Positions 1 to 10,600 of a DNA stretch of 64,000 bases are shown here, one piece after another. How positions within the stretch are numbered: position 1 is the stretch's first letter; each line of letters begins with the position of its first letter. This DNA is from an uncultured Planctomycetales bacterium (GTDB taxonomy: Bacteria; Planctomycetota; Planctomycetia; Pirellulales; Pirellulaceae). The notes beneath the pieces were generated by a model. It did no database searches and was not told the origin of the DNA. It worked only from the letters and a program-made list of their open reading frames with translations. The DNA is taken from the NCBI GenBank assembly GCA_963826795.1, contig CAWGYT010000010.1, positions 14,373 to 78,372 on the forward strand, in the 5' to 3' direction. Both the position numbers and the translations under genes were made by a program.

Positions 1-1293
1 CCAACCGCTGCACCGGAGGGACGGTTGAATCTGCGGTCGGTGATTTCGACCTCTGCGCCTTGGCAGTCGGATCTTTCGAACTACCAGTACGTCAAATGTC
101 GCATGAGATTCGCGCTCGTTCGTGGGCCTCGGTCGATGCCACTGGATGCTCTAAACGCGACAAGTAGTATGCGACCACCGGCACCAAACTGCGTTGTTTC
201 GATGGGGGTGTCAGAATGGAAGCCTCGGCTCGGCTGTACGTCGTCGTTACCGATCAATGAGATCCTCGAGTTTCGGGGCTACGCCCAAGACAAAACAGGC
301 AGATGCAATGTCATACAGCCGCGGCCCGACGTGCCTGGTCCTTGGGACGCAACCTGGCCAACAAGCCGAGGTCGCTTTAGGGCAGACGGTGCGCGATCCC
401 TTCGCAGCTTGGTCGAGACGCTGTGCATATTGAATTGGAAGTGACATGTAACCGGTTAACGCTCCAATCGCCGTCCCAAGTGCAGTGATCAACAAGCTTC
501 CATGACTGGATCCCGGATCCTCTGAAGGCACTCCAGAATGACCGCCGGCGTGCGGTGGTTCATATGGGTTCGCTGAATGTGGATTCATCGGAAACACCAA
601 GTTGGACGACAGCGGAACTCTGAGCTGGACGGTCGCAATGCCACAATCGGTGGATTGTTGGGAGGAATTCACTCCGAATGCAGTCCACGGATCTTCGTGG
701 CACCTGGCGACGACCGCTCGCTGTGGCGGGCGCCAGGTCGGGCCTAGGCCGGAGGCCTGAGCACGTCCCAGCCTCGTTCCATTGATCGAGCGCTCGGGCG
801 GCCCCATTCTAGGCGGTCAGCGCCCCTGGATCACGCGCTGGGCCGACGCTCCCTCTGTAGAGGCATGGGTCTGTCTCACGCATTCTTGGCGCATCGCCCT
901 GCCAAACCCAGCGATCTCCAGCTGGCGTCCGGCCAACGGCCATTCGCCCTATTTGAACGGCGGTGGGAACGCCGTCCGGGCATTGAAATTCTACAGCGAC
1001 GACAGTAACCTGTACTGTTGAGCGGTGACGACGAGTCCATGTACCGGGAAGAGGTCTTTGCCCCGGGGCGTCAGGACTTGCTGATGGCAAATGATCCTGT
1101 TCACAGGAGCGCCAACCTCATTGTCGCACCGCTCCTTTTTTCACCCTTCACGGCAAACCTGCCTCCCCACTTCGCGGTACTCGACGCCATTTCTTTAAGG
1201 GTCGGTTCTTGACGCATCCGATAATTCAAAAACGGGTCCCGACGAGTTCTCGGAACAATCAATACCGTGGCGATCATCGCCCCATTGAACGCA

Positions 1294-1719
1294 CTAGTCG
1301 TTCTTGACTCGCTCGAGAACAAAGAACGACCACTCGTCCCCCAACTTGCTATCGAGCTTGGTCGGATACGGCTTGCCGGCTGGTGCCAATGACAGCTTGA
1401 GCTCGTCGCCGTCCAATGCATAGATCGCCAATTGCACGATCGGCTTGCCCTTATCAAGTTCGTGGCTTGTATCCATTCTCCTCGGGTGCTTGCTCGCATC
1501 CAGCTCAAACTTGATCGTTATGGAGGCCGGCTTACCAATACCGTCCTCCGTACCCCAAAGCGACAGCTTCTCGGCTGCGAACTCGAAGTGCGTTAGATTA
1601 TTGTCTTCGGGCCTCACGACTTCGCCCGATCGTACCATGGAAACGACTTTCCACTTGCCCTGAATCAAGACGTCGTCCGGTTTCGCTTCTTCACCTCTGC
1701 CGTCGGCAGCCAACAGCAT
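1294..1719 (-). CDS. TIGR03067-like small beta-barrel (lipocalin-like) domain protein
   Basis: 141-aa ORF. The pattern DVLIQGKWKVVS...GKPIVQLAIYALDGDELKLSLAP resembles the TIGR03067 family that is abundant in Planctomycetes. Recognised from memory only. Confidence 0.45.
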   Translation of the reverse strand: MLLAADGRGEEAKPDDVLIQGKWKVVSMVRSGEVVRPEDNNLTHFEFAAEKLSLWGTEDGIGKPASITIKFELDASKHPRRMDTSHELDKGKPIVQLAIYALDGDELKLSLAPAGKPYPTKLDSKLGDEWSFFVLERVKND

Positions 1720-1904
1720 GACCGCGTACGGAACGACCTAGGCCATCAGCTTAAGCACAAGTGACATTTCACTACTCCGAAGCGGGGTGCTCAGGTCGTC
1801 CGTGTGATTGCGAACAACTCGTCCGCCGTGGTTCAGAAATCGTTCGTGATTTGGCGCGTCCAATCAATCGAGTGCTTCGAATCGTTCGTCCGTACGGCTT
1901 CATG

Positions 1905-2871
1905 TTAAGGCAAGTTGGTAAATTCGGTGGGCACGATAGTTGTTGGGCTGTCACTCTTCTTGAGATTCCCGACACCCAGTAGATATTTGTCAAAGAATGA
2001 CGCGACACGTTGCTCATATTCTTCCGGCACGGATGTGTACACACCAACGTGAGCGGCTAAAGGTTCATACCAGTATTCCTTGGGCTCACCGGCAGCCGCA
2101 AAAAGCCGCTCGCCACTTTCGGTCAATACTCGATTGTCGTTCCCGCTTTGAATTATCAGAATCGGACGCGGGCTGATTCTGCCAATTCTCTTCACCGGCG
2201 CAATGTCGCTGAAGCTACAGCCAGTTTGCCATTCGGCAAAGAAAATGAAAATCGCATTGAACGGGCTCGGCGGGAGTGGCGTTTGAACTTGAATACCGAT
2301 GCCCACTTCATCTTTGAGTTCAGCAAAGACGCCCTCTATCACGATAGCTTCGACCTGCTGGTTGTCCGCCGCAGCCAAAACACCCGTTGCTCCACCCATC
2401 GAATTGCCGAGTAATCCGATTTTGGAGTTTACTTCGGGTTGCTGCTTAAGGAAAGTTACAGCGGCGTCCGTATCCTTGACTTCGTGCAATCCCAACGTGA
2501 CTCGTTCTCCTTCGCTCTTGCCGTGACCACGAAAATCAAATACCAATGCGCCATATCCGTGGCGTTTCAGCATATGGGCTACCGGCAACATCTGCGCTGT
2601 TGGCGCTATAGCCATGTTGGAGGATGATCGTTGCGCCGTTTTGGGGAGGGATATACCATCCGATCAACTTTAGGCCATCGGAGGTCCTGAGCGCGACTTG
2701 CTGGAATGGCTGACCGGCGTCATCCATCATCGTGTACTGATCGGCATGGATCGGATGCGTTATCTGATTAACTTTGAACACCACAACACGTTCCGTTATG
2801 GCGATTGCGGAAACGAATGCAATCACACAACCGATGACGACTCGGCAAATCTTAAGTTTGGGTAATTGCAT
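1905..2871 (-). CDS. alpha/beta hydrolase with N-terminal membrane anchor; frame change near 2600, so possibly an assembly indel or a pseudogene
   Basis: ORF 2536..2871 encodes an N-terminal anchor and ...LIGWYIPPQNGATIILQHGYSAN. ORF 1905..2615 continues with LPVAHMLKRHGYGALVFDFRGHGKSEG and the GNSMGG nucleophile-elbow motif. The two ORFs overlap in different frames and together give a typical hydrolase of about 320 aa. Confidence 0.55.
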
Positions 2872-3342
2872 GACTTTAGACCATGTAGACCCAAGTGATG
2901 TGGCGCAGGCAGCCTAACGAATTGCGATCTATCCCGTGGCGGCATGCCGACGGATAGATCGCGAGTTGAACTTCATCGTTTGGGCGGACGAGGAAGTTCG
3001 CCTTGCGAATTCTATCTCATTGGGCAACGGGAGCTTCAAGCCGGTGGGGCGGGATGGTGGTGAGGCGGTCGCTGGTTGGACCGCCATGCTATACCGCACC
3101 GGACGCCGCGCTATGCCGCAATTACTTCTCGACAGTTACGGCCAGCCAACCGCAATTGCTTTCTTTGTCGGGGTGCTTCACCGGCCTCATTCTAGCCGAC
3201 GATCGCCGACCGATCACGTGCTGGCGGATTGGCCCTCTAACGGGGCATGGGACTGCGTCATGCAGGGTCGATAATTTGGAACAATGTCCGTGGCCTTGTG
3301 GGCTTCCTTCACCTCGCTCGGCAGGTATTGCTCGTTGCACGG

Positions 3343-3654
3343 TCAGGTCGTGTCCCGATGATCCCAGTAGCCAGGCTGGCGACCCGAATGAGCCACGGCC
3401 ACAATCAGGACTTCGTCGTCGCGTACTTCGTAGACCAACAGGTAAGGGAACCGCTCAACGGTTGCTCGCCGAAAACTTCGCGTCAGCTGCTTACCTTCGT
3501 AAAGTGGAAACCGCAACGGATCTCCGGCGATCGCGTAAATTGCCTTGGTCACGCGGTCGTAAAGGTCTTTCCCAAGACCCATTTGGCACTCTTCGTAGTA
3601 CAGCACCGCCGACCGCAGTTCGACTTCCGCTTCCGCAAGGACGCGAATCTTCAC
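3343..3654 (-). CDS. RelE/ParE-family type II toxin (plasmid stabilisation system protein)
   Basis: 103-aa ORF. The pattern LRSAVLYYEECQMGLG...RFPYLLVYEVRDDEVLIVAVAHSGRQPGYW is typical of ParE/RelE toxins. It lies immediately downstream of a small antitoxin-like ORF with an ATGA overlap. Confidence 0.6.
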   Translation of the reverse strand: MKIRVLAEAEVELRSAVLYYEECQMGLGKDLYDRVTKAIYAIAGDPLRFPLYEGKQLTRSFRRATVERFPYLLVYEVRDDEVLIVAVAHSGRQPGYWDHRDTT

Positions 3655-3899
3655 GACAAGTCTTTCTGGTCCAGGGCTTTACGCAACCGCGACGCCACGT
3701 CATCCCAGTCAGAAGCTTGTGTTGTTCCTGAATCGTAGTCGGCAACCCGTCGTTCCAATTCAAGCTCGAACCCAGGATCACTGTCACTGCAAACACCGGG
3801 TGGCCGTAAGCTCTGAAGGAGGCGATAGGCAAGGCTTGCGCGGTCCTCATCGGTCAAGCCAAGTGCCGCGTCGAATACTTGTGAATAATTGCTGCTCAT
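3651..3899 (-). CDS. putative addiction-module antitoxin (TIGR02574-like component)
   Basis: Internal start MSSNYSQVFDAALGLTDEDRASLAYRLLQSL...ELERRVADYDSG matches the 'putative addiction module component' family. Its stop overlaps the toxin start by 4 bp. Confidence 0.55.
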   Translation of the reverse strand: MSSNYSQVFDAALGLTDEDRASLAYRLLQSLRPPGVCSDSDPGFELELERRVADYDSGTTQASDWDDVASRLRKALDQKDLS

Positions 3900-4434
3900 A
3901 CCAGGATTATGCCCGCACTCCGACACCCTGGCAACGAGCAGCGGCCCCGTGACCAACCGACGGCTCCAGGAGAACATGTCAGCGAACTGGAGAACAGTGC
4001 GCGGGGTCAGATCAATTCTTGATTTTCCGGCGAGCGGCTTAGCCGGCATTGATCTGCCCCCGCACAACTCCCCGCTTTCGCGCGTCCCGCGAGCAACTAA
4101 GAAATTGATCTGACCCCTCGCAGCTTTTCCCTCGCAGCTTGGTTGCGGCGACTCCCGATGTTGTGGAGACTACCCGCTGACTTGCAACTTAGTCGTCGAT
4201 TGAACTGTCTTCTCGAGGCAACTGGCGCAACGCAACTGCGCGAGGAGCACTGAGGGCTCGTCGCTGTCCCGAGAATCGACCGTGCGTAAGACAGCCCCTT
4301 GCCCCGCCAGATGAACGGCTAAAATAAAGCGATTGAGGCACAGGATTAAACGAACCTTTTGACGGCATCGCGACATGACTGGCACGCCATGGCCCGAATT
4401 GAATGGCCTGGGAAGCCCGAGTTTTTGGTCTCCG

Positions 4435-5982
4435 ATGAGAATGCTCTTTCGATTTCGAGTCCGCACACTTCTGCTGGCGGTCGCTGCCAGCGCCGTTCTT
4501 CTCACAGCTGGACCCCGGTTGTGGTGGCGATTTCAGGTCAACTCCGCATTGGAGCGTACAGTAGCCACGGGACCTGATGTCTATCGGGGATTTAAACCGA
4601 GTTCCTCTGGCAGAAGTGACGACCGTGCCTACTTGCTCAGCGACTATGAGCGAGTCGCAAATCGCCTGCTCGAGATTGCACAGTCCAACGACGACCTACG
4701 TCGAGCGAACGCCATTAAAACACTGCGTGTACTTTCCGCTAGATCGGGTTCGTTCGACATTCGCAAAAAGCTACTGCCCCAACTCATCGACCTGGCATGC
4801 ACCGAACAGACTCCATCGCCACTCGCAACCTTAATCGCCGAAAACATCGCGGATTGGATTCCATCAACCGGTGCAACAATGAAAGAAAGAGGTCGCATCC
4901 GTGCTGCTGCAGTTGCCGCAAGCGGCTATGAGCGAGTCGCTTGGATTGCCGTCTTGGAGTCAATTGGCGGTAGGGATGAGACCGTGCTGCTGCTTCAATT
5001 TGCCGATACTCTCGACGAGAACCAATTTTCGGCCATCTACAATTCTCAGTTTCGCAAGATCATCTGGTCTGGAATGCTCCCACATGTGCAACGTTGGATT
5101 CTCGACCCAACTATCGCTGACGGCGCACTGGAATTCGACGTACTGGCACAGACCCCGACGGGACGCAATGTCCTTGTGGAATTCTCACTTGACGCGACGC
5201 ATCCGAGACAATTACGCCGCAAGGCCGTTGAACAACTCGTGCAGACCGTGGGGGGAATCAATCAACTTACAGACGCATGCACTGATCCAACGTCGTTGCA
5301 AACACTCAGCGAACTGCTTGGCACGGATAGCAAGCAATTCCTGACCAGCGAGCGTGCGAAAATCATCGACCAAAACGGTCCTGAATTGTGGAGCGAGTTG
5401 ATCAATGGTCTCGACCCGTCTTACTTTTTACCGGGTTTAGGTGCTCAAGCGGAACCTCAAGTCGTTGCAATTCGTCAACGGTCTTCTCAGCTGTCGCTCG
5501 ACAGCCTTCGAATTCTGTCACAAAATCGCGACCTCACGACAAGTCAAGAATGGCGTGCCTGGTACGAGAAGGAATCGCCAAGTGTCGTCATGCTTAGAGA
5601 CATCCTCAGCGCAATAGTCGATCACCCCGACCTGATCGAGAACATCGCGCTTCTACGGAGGATTGTGCCCTACCAATTGGGCTATATTCCGGACGATTGC
5701 ATACCAATCTATGAATTCATGCTCGAATCGAAGAAGCCCCAGGTAAGATATTGGGCTTGTCAAGCGCTGCTCGCCTTTACGGACTCCCCGCCAGCTGTTG
5801 ACGTGGCAATTGGCTTGATTGACCAATCAGAGCCGAGTGAAGCAGCGTCAGTTCATCCAGGGGCAATTGCGATGATTCAGCGTCGCTTCGCCGTCAACTT
5901 CTTCTGGGATACTGCTGCGTGGCGTAGGTGGGCGAGTGATAAATCAGTTGCCGCGCGAGAGGAGCATCGCGACAATGAGTGA
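4435..5982 (+). CDS. hypothetical membrane-anchored protein with HEAT/ARM-like helical repeats
   Basis: Long ORF. The internal start MRMLFRFRVRTLLLAVAASAVLL gives a signal anchor. The rest is helical-repeat-like sequence. GC is visibly lower than in neighbouring genes. Confidence 0.45.
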   Translation: MRMLFRFRVRTLLLAVAASAVLLTAGPRLWWRFQVNSALERTVATGPDVYRGFKPSSSGRSDDRAYLLSDYERVANRLLEIAQSNDDLRRANAIKTLRVLSARSGSFDIRKKLLPQLIDLACTEQTPSPLATLIAENIADWIPSTGATMKERGRIRAAAVAASGYERVAWIAVLESIGGRDETVLLLQFADTLDENQFSAIYNSQFRKIIWSGMLPHVQRWILDPTIADGALEFDVLAQTPTGRNVLVEFSLDATHPRQLRRKAVEQLVQTVGGINQLTDACTDPTSLQTLSELLGTDSKQFLTSERAKIIDQNGPELWSELINGLDPSYFLPGLGAQAEPQVVAIRQRSSQLSLDSLRILSQNRDLTTSQEWRAWYEKESPSVVMLRDILSAIVDHPDLIENIALLRRIVPYQLGYIPDDCIPIYEFMLESKKPQVRYWACQALLAFTDSPPAVDVAIGLIDQSEPSEAASVHPGAIAMIQRRFAVNFFWDTAAWRRWASDKSVAAREEHRDNE

Positions 5983-6075
5983 CGTTCTCTCGTTGGACAG
6001 GTCCTGAATAACGACCGTATTACGAAACAAAGCGTCCATGCCCTTGAGCCGTCTTGATTTAGCAGGAACCAGTGC

Positions 6076-6528
6076 ATGCGCCGCGACGAAGTGTTACGTG
6101 CCGTTGATTTGACATTCGGGACGACGTCGCGACCGGCCATGTTCATCCGGGGGACGTGCTCGTGCGAAGAGTGTCTTGAACACAATGACACCATGGCCCA
6201 CTGGGATCCGTTAGAACTTCCGCTCGAGGAACTTAACAATACATTTTGGGATCCTCTCTGTGCTGCATCCTCCGCGGCGTTGCACTACTTGATGCCCGGA
6301 CTGGTGCGTCTCGTGCTAGACCATGCAAATGATTTCCTCAACCAGTTTTTGCTTCACATCGACAAGCAAGAACTTATGGAATCGCTAACGCCGTCGCAGG
6401 CGACTGCATTGAAACGCGTGCTAGACACCCTCGTCCGTGAGGAACCCGTGGCCGTGCACATCAACGCCGAGGAGTCCCACTTGGCCTCAGTGAGCAAACA
6501 ACTTGCGGGCAAGGCGGGATTGGACTAG
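6076..6528 (+). CDS. hypothetical protein
   Basis: 150-aa ORF in the lower-GC block. No recognisable domain. Confidence 0.3.
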   Translation: MRRDEVLRAVDLTFGTTSRPAMFIRGTCSCEECLEHNDTMAHWDPLELPLEELNNTFWDPLCAASSAALHYLMPGLVRLVLDHANDFLNQFLLHIDKQELMESLTPSQATALKRVLDTLVREEPVAVHINAEESHLASVSKQLAGKAGLD

Positions 6529-6686
6529 AACCGGCTTAGCGCAACGCTGCGGCACGGCTCGCGCCCGACCAAACCACCGACTCTTGGGATCGATTCACTG
6601 TCTTGAGTGACGGTCGTGATCGTACGTGTGGGTCAAGGTAAGACAAAACGTGCCACCGCTGAGAATACAATCCCTTCAAAGGCATC

Positions 6687-7094
6687 ATGGTATTTCGAAT
6701 GCGGTGGCTTGGCTTTATTTGGGCATCACCCTACACGCTTATTGGACTGCTGATCGGAGGCGTCGGGTTGTGCACCGGTGGTCGCGCTCGTGTGCGGGGG
6801 CGTACAATCGAGTTCTGGGGTGGCTTCGCAACTTGGTTTGTCACTCACCTGCCGCACGGCCAATTCACTCTAGCTATCACCTTGGGGCACACGATTCTTG
6901 GCCAATCCGACGCGTCACTAGATATCTCACGGGAGCATGAAATGGTTCATGTCCGCCAGTTCGAACGCTGGGGGCCTTTCATGGGACCTGCGTATTACTT
7001 GTCGTCTCTCGCGCTTTGGATCGTCGGTCGTCAACCATACCGTGACAATCCATTCGAACGCGAAGCTCGTGACACGGGGCACGGCGGAAAGTGA
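6687..7094 (+). CDS. hypothetical small membrane protein with HExxH motif (possible metallopeptidase-like)
   Basis: 135-aa ORF. Two predicted TM helices followed by ISREHEMVHVRQFERWGPF. Confidence 0.35.
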   Translation: MVFRMRWLGFIWASPYTLIGLLIGGVGLCTGGRARVRGRTIEFWGGFATWFVTHLPHGQFTLAITLGHTILGQSDASLDISREHEMVHVRQFERWGPFMGPAYYLSSLALWIVGRQPYRDNPFEREARDTGHGGK

Positions 7095-7376
7095 CAGCGC
7101 CTTAACAAAACGAACGGTTTTGGGCCGGACCTGACGATGCCGAAATGGAACGTCAAGTCGGTTGAGCTCCTGCGGGTCCTCATCTCACGTTTTGTCGGCG
7201 GCGATCTCATCGACCAGTTGAGACGACCACGGGCACCAGTGTAGGCCGGGACGAGTCGAATTACCGACCTCATCCAGGTGTTCTTCCACATATTGGATTG
7301 CAGCGTCACAAACCTCGATGGCAATTCCGAAGAATTCGTCAATATACCGGCCGGCTCGCAGCCAAACGACCCAGGA

Positions 7377-7610
7377 TCAATGCCTGCCGAACCCCAGCCA
7401 TTGCCAGCAGTCCAGCCGCCAGTAGCGGAGGCGACGGCGCAGGCGGGTCCAGCGGCTGGCCGAGCGAGCTTCCTCCCAGCACGAGTCACATACGCCCACT
7501 TCCTTGTCCGGCGTGTGATCTCGGAACATGGCATAGAACGCCCGCAGCTTTTCTTCCAGCTCGCCGTGGACTTCAAAGCGCTGACCGCATTGACAACACT
7601 TAAGCCACAT
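7377..7610 (-). CDS. hypothetical small CxxC...CxxC zinc-ribbon protein
   Basis: Internal start MWLKCCQCGQRFEVHGELEEKLRAFYAMFRDHTPDKEVGVCDSCWEEA. It lies 45 bp downstream of the giant gene. Support is weak. Confidence 0.25.
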   Translation of the reverse strand: MWLKCCQCGQRFEVHGELEEKLRAFYAMFRDHTPDKEVGVCDSCWEEARSASRWTRLRRRLRYWRLDCWQWLGFGRH

Positions 7611-7654
7611 CAGGTACTGCCCCGCGGTGAACTTAGCGTCGGTTACGGTATCTA

Positions 7655-10600
7655 CTACCCCCTGCGTCGTCCGGACGTGCCGCTGGCAAACAGGTCGTCG
7701 ACGGCGGCCGCCAGGTCGCTCGACGTTGTCCGCCGCTGGGACTCGTAATAACCAGCCTGCAGCGCCAGGATCAAATCGTGTGAATCGAAATCGCCATCGG
7801 CGTTCCAATCCCCTTCAACCCAGTCGGAGTTCTGCTCAATCGAATCCTCGTATTCGCCGGCTTGAAACACGCTCAGCAGATCGGCACTATCAAACGCTCC
7901 ATCACCGTTGGCGTCTCCGGGAACCAATGCACTCGGCCGCGCCGCCAACGCCGTTGGAGCACTCGGGCTGATCAACGGCAGTGCGATCAGCAGGCCGACT
8001 TGATGGTCTCGGGCCAGGATCACATCGATGGACGATACGAGTCGATCGCGATTGAAGTCGTAGGGATCGTCAATCGGAGCCAGGTCAAACGGACCGCGCT
8101 GATGATCTCGAACGGCGATGATATCGATTGACGTCACCAGGGTATTGCCCGGAGTCGAGCCGGTTTCGCCCAGGGCATTGCCGAAATAGAACACTTCGTC
8201 TCGTGCCAGCCAGGTCCGCTCGCCAGCCTTGAGTGTGACCTGGAGCCAGGTGTTGCGGATCGTATCGTCGGGCCAAATCAGTGACACACGATCCGAACCG
8301 TTCACGCCGGCGCCCCGCCGCGTCTGAACGCTGGGGACCGGTGCCTCAGGCCAAGTCGCGGTGTTTGCGACTGCGCCCCATGCGGAATGTGAAATCGGCC
8401 GCGGTCAGCGTGATGTTGCCGGGAATTCCCAACAGATCTAGCTGTACGCCGTTAATCCCGTGAATGTAACTGGTGTAATTGGCGAACGTTGCCGTTTGAC
8501 CGGGTAGCAACGCCCGTTTGTCGGTGGCCACCGCCTGATCGTCGGCCGACGAAGCGTTCGCATCGTTGCCGTCCCACGCCGAATTGTTGTAGAAAACCTG
8601 GCGACTCAGCACTTGCGTCGGAACCACCGTGATCGACCCGTTGGTGACGAACGCCAGGCTGTCGGCAAAGCGTGTTTGGAACGGGCCCAGCGGATGTTCA
8701 GGCAGGACTCCTACCAGAGACAAGGACCAGTCGCCTTCGAAGAAGCCCGTGGTATCGATCACCAGCGTTGCGAGCAGTCCTTCCGCGACCACAGTGGAAC
8801 CGTTGCCGCTGGCGGCGATCGACCAATTGGCAATTTGCGGCAACGATTGCAGATTCGTGGGCACATCCGGCAGCGAGGCGAAGATTGTGTTCTGCTTCAA
8901 TTCCACCGACGTGATCGCCGGCCCGTCCTCGCCGGCCGGCAAGTCGAGTAACGCTCGTTCCGGCCCGCCGTCGCCGACCAGCGCGTAGAGGTCAAGGCCC
9001 GATACGCGGTGGCCGCCGGTCACGTAGAGTTCGATTCGCTGGTTGGGCGTGTTAGGACGCAGAGTGTAATGCCCGACGCTGATCACCGGAACATCAAGGC
9101 GAATGGTCACTGACTGGGGAGTTGAAGTCGTCGAGCCATCGTCGCGCTTGATACGTGAACGAATCGCTGACCGTGAACGTGGCATTTGGGAGATAGCGAA
9201 ACGAACCATCGGGCCGCAGATTGACCGTACCGTGCTGCGGCGGATCGACCATAATTGCGGTCAGCGCGTCGCCGTCCAGGTCCGCATCATTCCCGAGAAC
9301 ACTGGAATCTACGTCGATCGACAAGGGTGCCACCGTCGGCATTGTGTACTCATCGCCGACCGCTGTTGGTGCGTCGTTGCGGGGAGTGACGTTGATCGTG
9401 ACCAGCGCGGTGCTGGCTACGCCGTTCGTGTCGGTGACACGATAGCGAAACTGGTCCAATCCCACATAGTCGGGCTCGGGCCGGTAGACGAACGTGCCGT
9501 CCGGATACATTTGCAGTGAGCCATGTTCGACATCGTCGACGACCGTCGGGTGTGCGTTCGCGTGGCCGGGCCCGTCATTGCGCAAGACGCCGAATTGCTG
9601 GATGCCGAACACCTCGTCACTGCGAATCAACGTCAGTTCCCGGTCGTTGGTCATCGCCAGTCCGTCCGGGCCAAATCGCTTCAAAAGGTGATTCATCGCT
9701 CCCAAGTTTGGCAACTGCAAGGCAGTGCGTTCTTGAAATGGGTTCAGGTCGTAGGCGTAGAGAATGTGAGTCCCATCATCGAACGCGTAGAGTGTGTCCT
9801 CGTCGGACATGACTCGGAAGATCCAACCGCCAGCGTAGTTCGTCAGGATTTCGCGGTTGGCAACGTTGACCACACTGCCGAGACCCCCGCTGACGTACAG
9901 GTTTCCCCGCGCGAATTGAAACTGTTCGAAGCTGCCGCCAAGCATGCTCCCTCCGGCATGCGTTTCGATCACGCGCAGGCCGTACGGTTCGATTTCATGA
10001 ATCCAGAAAACGCTGGAGTTGTCGTAACCGTAGACATGCTGTCCCGATTCATCCACGCTGACAACAGTACCCAGGCCGGAATGGGGCAGTGCAATTCCAT
10101 TTTCATAGAGGACAATGCCGGCGGGCTGTCGACTGCCGATGTCCCAGGTCGTTACCAGCAGCGAGTCCGGCCGACCGGGCAACGTGAACATGCCGAAGGA
10201 AACTTGCGAGCCCGGCAGCGAGATCGTCGATTCCAACGTCATGCTGACCAGGTCCACGACTTGGATGGTGCGCGCACCGGAAACGGCGGCATACATGCGC
10301 GTGCCGTCGTCAGTAATCACAATCTCGGTGACGTACGCCGGGCACTGGTAGTGAGATTCCGAGCGCGCCGGTGTAGGGATCGATCTCGGTCAATGTGCCC
10401 GCTCTCGGACCATTCCCGGGGACAATCGCAGCGAACAAGCGGTCTCCGGCCGCGTCGTACGCCATCGCGCCCGCCGCGATCGGTACGGCCTCGATCGACA
10501 GCCACGGCACGGGTTCGATCGATAATTCACCATCCTCGGCCACTTGATACGCATCGTCCTGAGCGCCGCCAGCCGAGTTTTTCCGCACCTGTAACGTCAC

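Noticed and set aside
480-520. Clustered HindIII/BamHI sites (aagcttccatgactggatcccggatcc) that look like a cloning-vector polylinker.
   Set aside because: Too short, with no flanking vector-like sequence. This is most likely chance.
1-1293. ORFs 25..444 (+) and 247..807 (-) at the left edge of the window.
   Set aside because: No domain similarity. Composition looks like random GC-rich translation, and the two overlap on opposite strands. This region may be non-coding or may hold a gene I cannot recognise, so I left it uncalled.
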